Shown piece by piece: positions 57,291 through 64,000 of a stretch of 64,000 bases of DNA. Origin of the DNA: Perkinsela sp. CCAP 1560/9 (taxonomy: Eukaryota > Protista > Euglenozoa: Kinetoplastea). The notes beneath the pieces were generated by a model, which ran no database searches, had not been told where the DNA came from, and worked only from the letters and a program-made list of their open reading frames with translations. The stretch is from the NCBI GenBank assembly GCA_965644495.1, contig CBFFSA010000031.1:1-64000 (forward strand). Direction: 5' to 3'. The translations under genes were made by a program, and so were the position numbers. Position 1 is the first letter of the stretch. Each line of letters opens with the position of its first letter.

Positions 57291-60053
57291 CTACAATCTA
57301 CTATACGGATCCGCAGGGTTATCCTCAGAACGAATATACTGCGCTTGGACTGCGATACCTCTCTTCTGCAAATAATTCAACAACCTACGAAGCTCTTCCG
57401 TGATCCCATCCGAGCTTGATACTTTCCGATTGACTGCAGCAACGCAAGATGTATTATCCACAAACAGGTCTACACACGTTCCTTTCTCAAAATGTTGCCC
57501 GTACTTTTCAAATGCCAATCGCACTGCGCGGGCCTCCGCTCTGTTTACTTCATACTCAAATTCCTGAGGCCACTGTGCACCTGTGCACAACATCTGACCG
57601 TAGTCAAGATACAAAACTGCGCCCCACCACGTGGACGATGCGTCAGTACACAAAACATGCTGATGCGGAACTGTGTCCGGATGACACGGTGGATCAACAG
57701 GAGATCGATGTAATAGAGCATCACGCCATTCCGTAAGAGTAACCCGCACAGGGGTCGGTAAAGGTACTTGCTGGTCAAGAAGAGACGGTTCTCTGTTCAG
57801 CCGATTAATTCTACGGCGTACAATTTTTAATTCGAGATGAAACTGTGGTAAATGCATACCCATCACCGCTGACGCAAAAATCATTCGACCCAACGCTGAC
57901 TCCAAAGAACCATACGTTGCTGTAGCAAAATCGTCCTGCGTTAGACGGCGCGTTAATTTTGGACCTAACGATACCTTTCCTAGGCCATGGTGATACGTGA
58001 TACCATTAAACGTGTAGGTCTGCGATGGAGGGGCTCCGGCATCCTTAAAACGCGCATTGACTTCCCTAGCCCGGTTGTCTACGAACCTGACGTATTGTTC
58101 AGCGATCACTTCGCTCCCCGCAAAACGGATACCATCTATATAAACATCGGCATTATCTGAAGAAAACGCGGCATCCGCGGTACAAAATTGCTTATCCCCT
58201 TCCAGCGTCGCTGTTAGTACATGCATTATTTCGGGTGCACACCGATGCCCCATAGGCATTACATTCATTTCAAACAAATCGCCTTTCGCATCCTTAAATC
58301 GAAACTTCTCTCTACATGTTAAAGGAATAACCACTTGCCAAAATCCACACGCTAAGTCGCGCTTCACCGCCGTTTGTTCTTTTACACGATGCAAATAGTA
58401 CGCTGCATGCTTTAACTCAACATGAGGATGATACGTTTCCTTAATTCGCTCGTTGTCACCTTGCGTCCAAGCAATGAAACGCCGTCGCTCCGACCCATCT
58501 TCGGCGGGCTCAACTACCGTAAAAGGAATTACCCAATCCCGAGACGGGCGCTTTGCAGCCTCGGCGGTAGTAACTCGTGTAATGAAGCCTTGGGCTTCCA
58601 ACAATTCTACGTCACTAGCTGGTAAAAAAGATTTAAATTTCGGAGCGGGAGCTCGCTCATCGGGAACTTCTAACATCATTTTCCACGTCTGATCAAAACG
58701 CATACGTTGCTCTTCGTTCATCATTCCTCGTAGTTTACGAATATCCATCTGTGGAATCCCACTTTTGATATGCAAAGGAAGACCAAAATCTTTCGTGGTC
58801 GCCACTTTAGACGTGCGACGCGTGCGTGTTATAGTATGTCTTACCTTTTCTGCTGGAACATCATCAATGTACTTGCTAAAAACAAGTTCCTCTTCTACCA
58901 TATGTGCAGCTTTCTGGTCGCTTTCTGGGTCCCGAGGGCTAACGCCGTTGTCACTGGGTCGGAATTGTACCGGAGTAACGATTCGATTGACTGGTGCTTT
59001 GCGAGGTGCTGTACCTCGTCGAGACGGACGTTGCCGTCGGCAACCTGCTTTAACAACTGCGTAATGGCCCCACGCTTTGCCGAATGAGTCCCGTATCCGC
59101 TGCCGAGAATTTTGCGTATCTTCGAATCCGCCTCCGTCACCGTTGCGCGTGACATTGGTTGGAGGTGTCCGAGTTTGTGTATGTATAACGCCAGGCGATT
59201 TGTTCCCTCGCCCTCTACCACCGTATACATTGAGGGCCGATACGGGTTCAGACGGGACGTCTTTGTCTTCCGTCCCCACCAAATTACAATTCGCGTTGCG
59301 GATACCTCGTAAAAACGATCCCTGGTGAGCGTTGCTGTCTCCGTCCAACGGCTTGCCGCTTACCAACACAGCAGCAATGTATGTTTTTCGCTTGACGGTA
59401 GGTGGATCCATAACATGTTCAATTGCGTGGTGGTGAGGGGGGACATCTGTCGGAACGGCTCTGCCGCTCCCTCGGCCATGAGGGATTTGATGTAAAAACG
59501 CAGGGGATTGGTTTGCATGCCGGCCATGCTTAATATCGCCGCTACGCTCCGCGCGTAAGTCAACTTTCCCTGAATTTTGATCGGCATTTCGGCGATGAAA
59601 GTCACGGCGTGCAACGGAGTTATTGGAATTCCCTTCCAATTGCAGAATGTTGTTAGACGCTCCCACAGCCTGGCTCTGGCCTGCCACGTGGAGACGCTCC
59701 ACATCTCCGACATTGCGTCCAATGCAGTGCGTACTTCTGGTGTGAGCACATTCACTCCCATTAGCAACTTCATGAGGCTTAGTCGCGCTGGAGCGGTCTG
59801 TTGAAGACTCAAAGTACCGTTGTATAATTCTCCTGAGGTGATCAATCTCCCTTTTAAGTTCACCGAGTTGGGCGTATACTCCATGCTGCATATTTTCCTT
59901 CTCTTCATCACTTGCGTAGAAATTACTGTAATTCGACGTTTGAATTTTATGACAGTACTGGCCGTTAGTGTGGGGTCGTTTCAAAGACTCTTGCTGCTTG
60001 AAGCAGGGCCAGCCACCCGCGCCCGAAAACCCTGCTGGAAACGTTTTGGGCAA
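57291..60053 (-). CDS. RT-RNase H of YR element 3
   Basis: KRDLACGFWQV, MPMGHRCAP, YIDG, CTDASSTWWG, NPADPYSR. Confidence 0.9.
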   Translation of the reverse strand: MPKTFPAGFSGAGGWPCFKQQESLKRPHTNGQYCHKIQTSNYSNFYASDEEKENMQHGVYAQLGELKREIDHLRRIIQRYFESSTDRSSATKPHEVANGSECAHTRSTHCIGRNVGDVERLHVAGQSQAVGASNNILQLEGNSNNSVARRDFHRRNADQNSGKVDLRAERSGDIKHGRHANQSPAFLHQIPHGRGSGRAVPTDVPPHHHAIEHVMDPPTVKRKTYIAAVLVSGKPLDGDSNAHQGSFLRGIRNANCNLVGTEDKDVPSEPVSALNVYGGRGRGNKSPGVIHTQTRTPPTNVTRNGDGGGFEDTQNSRQRIRDSFGKAWGHYAVVKAGCRRQRPSRRGTAPRKAPVNRIVTPVQFRPSDNGVSPRDPESDQKAAHMVEEELVFSKYIDDVPAEKVRHTITRTRRTSKVATTKDFGLPLHIKSGIPQMDIRKLRGMMNEEQRMRFDQTWKMMLEVPDERAPAPKFKSFLPASDVELLEAQGFITRVTTAEAAKRPSRDWVIPFTVVEPAEDGSERRRFIAWTQGDNERIKETYHPHVELKHAAYYLHRVKEQTAVKRDLACGFWQVVIPLTCREKFRFKDAKGDLFEMNVMPMGHRCAPEIMHVLTATLEGDKQFCTADAAFSSDNADVYIDGIRFAGSEVIAEQYVRFVDNRAREVNARFKDAGAPPSQTYTFNGITYHHGLGKVSLGPKLTRRLTQDDFATATYGSLESALGRMIFASAVMGMHLPQFHLELKIVRRRINRLNREPSLLDQQVPLPTPVRVTLTEWRDALLHRSPVDPPCHPDTVPHQHVLCTDASSTWWGAVLYLDYGQMLCTGAQWPQEFEYEVNRAEARAVRLAFEKYGQHFEKGTCVDLFVDNTSCVAAVNRKVSSSDGITEELRRLLNYLQKRGIAVQAQYIRSEDNPADPYSRL
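58895..59911 (-). pseudogene. Tyrosine recombinase of YR element 3 with a nonsense codon at 59360
   Basis: LLCW*AASRW versus LCWKAAARW in paralogues; HSAKRG, KH, LLRY. Confidence 0.82.
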
Positions 60054-61107
60054 TTACGCCACAAGTGCTCTGGGGATTGACACCCGAAACATAATAACTT
60101 GCGTTGAGAGAAATTAGACGGACGCGGTTGGGCTTGACCATAACGTGCGGTAGAATAAACGTGAGCAGATGAATGAGCGACTGCGCGGGAGTGTTGCTTT
60201 TGACGTTCCACCAATTGTTCATTTACGTGGTGGTAAAACTTATCATTGGGCCGCACTTCTTTTTTCAGCTTCTGGTGAACCAATTCGACATCTACCTGGC
60301 GAGCCTGCCAATACGCGTCGCGAAGAGTCTGAATGATTGCACGTCCCATTTCCAGATAGGGTCCTTCGTTCCAATTAGGGATGATCCGGGCAAAAAGAAT
60401 CCACTTGAAGAAAACATTATTAAAAAATCGCTCCTGGCGTATGACGAATCCTCGATCCTGGTAATAATGATTTACACGGAGTCCATATTCCGGCGCGTCG
60501 CGGAGCTCACGCATCAAGTCTCTCGTTCGAAAGCCTCCATCATCGAAATAATTAATCCACGGACCAAAAGTAATAGGCTCATACGGATCTAATGCGTTAG
60601 GATCAACTCCTTCCGGGATTTGTGCATTGGGATCGCTACTCAGTTGCGACGTTGGACATATTGGCCGTGCCCCCAGTTCTTCACGTAGCTCTTGGGTCGG
60701 AGGTTCATTTACATCCTGCGCTTCCTGAGCACTTAGGGGTCTTCGCCGAGACAACTTTCGTTGTTCAACGAGATTCACTTCAAAATAATCTAAGTCGGGG
60801 TGTGGAAACTCGTACTCCTTCGAAGGCTTATCTTCCCATACCCCCATAACTTTAAGCCCTCCTTACGTAACTTACCATATAACGTTTGTCGCTTGCCGGA
60901 AACATCATCCTTACGACGAAAGGTAGCCATCACATGGGCCGACGGATTATCTCCCTGCATACCTGTCAATGTTTCGCGGGCCATCGTGGCAACTAAACTA
61001 AGCTCTTGCGGATTAAGCGGCTCGGTAGGCTCGAGCTGCTGCCCCGCCGGGGAAGAACTACGGGAAGATCGTAAGGTACGGGTATCCGGACCGTCGATGA
61101 GCGGCAT
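59981..61107 (-). pseudogene. gag-like ORF1 of YR element 3, frameshift near 60845
   Basis: Two frames (60790-61107, 59981-60847); knuckle CFGCQSPEHLWRNC. Confidence 0.75.
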
Positions 61108-62769
61108 AAAGAAACTTTAATCGCGAATAAATCAAACAGACGCTAAAATGAATCAAAATCTCAAATTCAATGTCAAATATATATCATCACTATATCATCT
61201 TTCGCCACTATATCATATTATATTTAGGGGACAATAATTCGGGGGGAGATTTGTTTCGGGGGGAAAACCCCCGGTAGGGGGCATCCTGAATAATGACGTC
61301 CCATCTCCTTTGATCAATTCTTATCGTAAACTTTAAGAAGAAAACCTTTGAAGGTGTTGTCGACCTTGTGACCTTGAACTCCGATATACTCCATAGACAG
61401 CTTCGTTCTTACATTCCTGCGATTTATTGTAGCTACGGTACCTTTTGAAACACTCAACGTGGTTTGGCAATCAAAGCCCCAGGTCAGAAAACATACATCA
61501 CCAGTTTTGGCATTGCCAATGGCATTGGAAATTCCTTCCGACGTCATTGGGAAGTTGTGTCGTGGGTCCATCGCGCTCGGGACTTCAGAATCGGGCTTCC
61601 TACTTACTCCGGTTTCGCTGGATAGATTTTCGGAGTCGGGATCGATCGGGTGTGGGGAGTGGCATTCATGAAAAACATGGGACGTATTAGGAGATTCGGT
61701 TTCGCTTTCGATGTCCTGTGGGATCGCGTGGGTATCAACTGGTAGCGGCGATGGGAGCCGATTTTCTTCTGCCGCGTTTTGCGCATGACCGGTAGTTTGT
61801 GGCGTCGCATTAACGTCTGCAGTTTCCGCGAAGATGTCAAAGGCGCGTACGTCGTGTACATAACCTTCCCCATTGTAGGTGTAGCCTCTACTCATCATTT
61901 TCGTGTGAAATGCTTTGCGCTCGTGTGTCCAAGGAGATTCTCTTTGTGACTGAAGTGTTTCCGCAGGCTCGTTTCCGGTGTTGAAAACTGCTCCGATGGC
62001 TTGTGCGGCGACAGCGCACGTCTTCTTAATTCGGATACGCCATTTTCCTGTTTCTTTTGGCTCTCCTGACGACAGATCCGCGGGTGGTTGTTGCTCTGCG
62101 GACGGCAGCTGGGTCTCTTTGTTCGCAGGTGTTAGCGTTCGGTCTGTTCTATGTGTTATCTGTGGCGTGGGCGCCGACTGTGTAGGTTCCGATTGTGGAC
62201 GTGGAGGTTCCGGTTGTGGAGATGACGGTTCTCGCTGATCTCGCGCTGGCCCTGGGGAAGGAATGAGCGGTAGACGGGGTGGTGATGGCGATTTCGGCGC
62301 TTCGGAATCGGCCGAGGACATCTGCAGAGCTCTCGTTCGCGCTTTACGCGAGAATGCGTGCATGCTGGGACGTGGGGCGGGTGGAGACGAGGACAGCACA
62401 CCCGACGGAGGCGAAGTCGGTCCACATCGTGGAGGTGAAGGGTGCGAAGGAGATTGCACGTGGGGCGCAAATGGCAACTGTTGCGGAGGTGGTGGTGGCG
62501 GTGGCAGGGGCGATGGTGGTGGCGGCGATGGGGGCGGCGGTGAGGGCGGCGATGGGGGCGGCGGTGAGGGCGGCGATGGGGGCGGCGGTGAGGGCGGCGA
62601 TGGGGGCGGCGGTGAGGGCGGCGATGGGGGCGGCGGTGGCGGGTCCTTTGGGAGCTTCTTGCGGCGCGTGGGGGGAAGCGATTGAACAACGGGAGCTACC
62701 CCCGTATTCTTCGCCATGGCACGCGTGAGCATGCCCATTTAATAAAATTTAATAAAAAGAGTCAACAAT

Positions 62770-63090
62770 TCCATTGTGAAGGCCTTCGAGAGACTACACA
62801 CGCTACTTATTGAAAAGCAGGTAAAAATGGCGAAACAAAAGTGTGTGTGGTTTGGTGGTCTAAACATGATACCGGTGCCTGACAAACTGAAGTCCGAAGG
62901 AGTCATAACTGCATCTAAAACAACCAAAACGCTCGGGGCATACATTGGCGATTCTTCCGCAGTAAGCCTGCAATTACAAGACAAGCTCAAAAAATATTCT
63001 ACGTGTTTCACAAAGATTTGTTGAAAGACAAGGACCTCTCACCACTAGTTCAAGTCTGCAGCGAAAAGGGCAATAATGACTGGCTCCACA
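62770..63090 (+). pseudogene. Inverted, internally deleted CRE-B fragment
   Basis: KCVWFGG...TKTLGAYIG, then LSPLVQVCSEKGNNDWL. Confidence 0.8.
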
Positions 63091-63240
63091 TCTCTTTATT
63101 CCTGCTAAATCCCCATCGCACCTCGCAAGTCGTACCTTTGCCCCATTCTCTAATAATTTGTTGGACTTGGTCAGGGGCTTTTGCGAAACTTTTTTTTTTT
63201 TTTTTGGAGTAATCTCCCACAATAAAGCGGGAAGTTGAAA

Positions 63241-63766
63241 TGTTGTCTTTTATCTATTATAAAGGTTTACATCAATCAATCAATCAAAACTTTCAGCTGT
63301 GTAGGTCTACGAATTGATAGAACCTAGCCATGCGGCCTTTGGTAGGCTGTCGCGTAATTGCGTGATATAGTCTCCTAAATTTCCTCTCGTATATTTCTTT
63401 ATAAGTATACTTATAAAGAAATCAACTTAATATGCACTTGCGTACATCCCAGTCTTGCCTTGCGAACTTCCCAGAAACTGGCGTAACTGGGCGTAGACTT
63501 CGTTTCCATTTAAGTCTCGGAGTAATAACTTGAAGTCCATCTCCACTGTCTTCCTATCCAACATGGCTGCATCCGCAAGTGCATGTATCAGAAATCTTGT
63601 GTTCTGGTGGAGAGAACCGCAAGAAAAGATCGGAAGGCATTGAAACGCGAACTCTGGAATCATACCGGTTGTAACGTAGGTATCTTTCTTCCGTTTAATT
63701 ACGTCTTGCATTAGTTTCACGCAAGTTTTAGATTGGTTCGATGGCGCAAGCTCGTGTATTATAGAC
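63241..63766 (-). pseudogene. Third copy (3' end only) of the CRE-B element at 46730-51315
   Basis: Near-identical to 46731-47258; T16 tail at about 63190. Confidence 0.9.
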
Positions 63767-64000
63767 AACGGGGAAGTACTGATGCTGGAAAGTAAACGAA
63801 AGACAGGTCTGAATCAGGGACCCCGCTTAACTAAGACCCAATGTAAGCGACAAGGTTTCAAAATAGAACAATCTCAAAGCCCAAAGTCAGTCAGCCCAAA
63901 TACAATTATATTAGAAAAAGCGCGTTCGAATCATTCGCAAAAGAAGCGATTAAAAGATACAGGAGAGGAAGATACCCAAGTGACAAAAGGCGAAAAACAC
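63767..64000 (+). CDS. Unidentified open reading frame fragment running off the window
   Basis: Frame is open from 63767 (MLESKRKTG... from 63782) to the end; no motif recognised. Confidence 0.3.

Larger units (their letters stand above)
56364..61336 (-). mobile_element. Complete TATE/Ngaro-like YR retrotransposon 3 with split direct repeats
   Basis: A1 61111-61336, B1 56841-57067, A2 56615-56840, B2 56364-56590. Confidence 0.9.
53629..62738 (-). mobile_element. Full-length CRE-B element interrupted by YR element 3
   Basis: MGMLTRAMAK...(PPSPP)n...FKGFL at 61340 resumes as PPQANVRIY at 56363 and runs into the 892-aa RT/endonuclease ORF (FIDD, RSGPDL). Confidence 0.9.

Noticed and set aside
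1-64000. Whole window as an artefactual cDNA concatemer
   Set aside because: TSD-flanked insertions, precise recombinase junctions, nonsense mutations and diverged twin copies indicate genomic history. Individual junctions still need read support.

Overview
This is eukaryotic DNA with no recognisable host genes. It is most likely from a kinetoplastid or diplonemid (Euglenozoa), judged from spliced-leader (SL)-like exon remnants. Almost the whole 64 kb is a nested, nearly unidirectional (minus-strand) array of retroelements. It holds three subfamilies of CRE/SLACS-clade non-LTR elements (RT plus restriction-like endonuclease; called A, B and C here), three TATE/Ngaro-like tyrosine-recombinase (YR) retrotransposons, one recombinase-less DIRS-type RT-RNase H element and a 5'-truncated RNase H LINE. 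It also holds a TIR MITE and two inverted Helitron-like non-autonomous copies. About 18 T-runs of 12 nt or more occur on the + strand (poly(A) tails of minus-strand RNAs), while the longest A-run is about 10 nt. Units are joined head-to-tail through poly(A), short snippets copied from other elements, and SL exon remnants. The + strand therefore reads like a first-strand cDNA built by serial RT template-jumping across trans-spliced, polyadenylated transposon RNAs, later invaded precisely by YR elements. The best candidate for an undescribed system is this self-extending transposon-cDNA array, in which imported SL exons may regenerate the CRE target site and which could act as an antisense small-RNA source locus. 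That mechanism is inference; the junction structures are seen directly.
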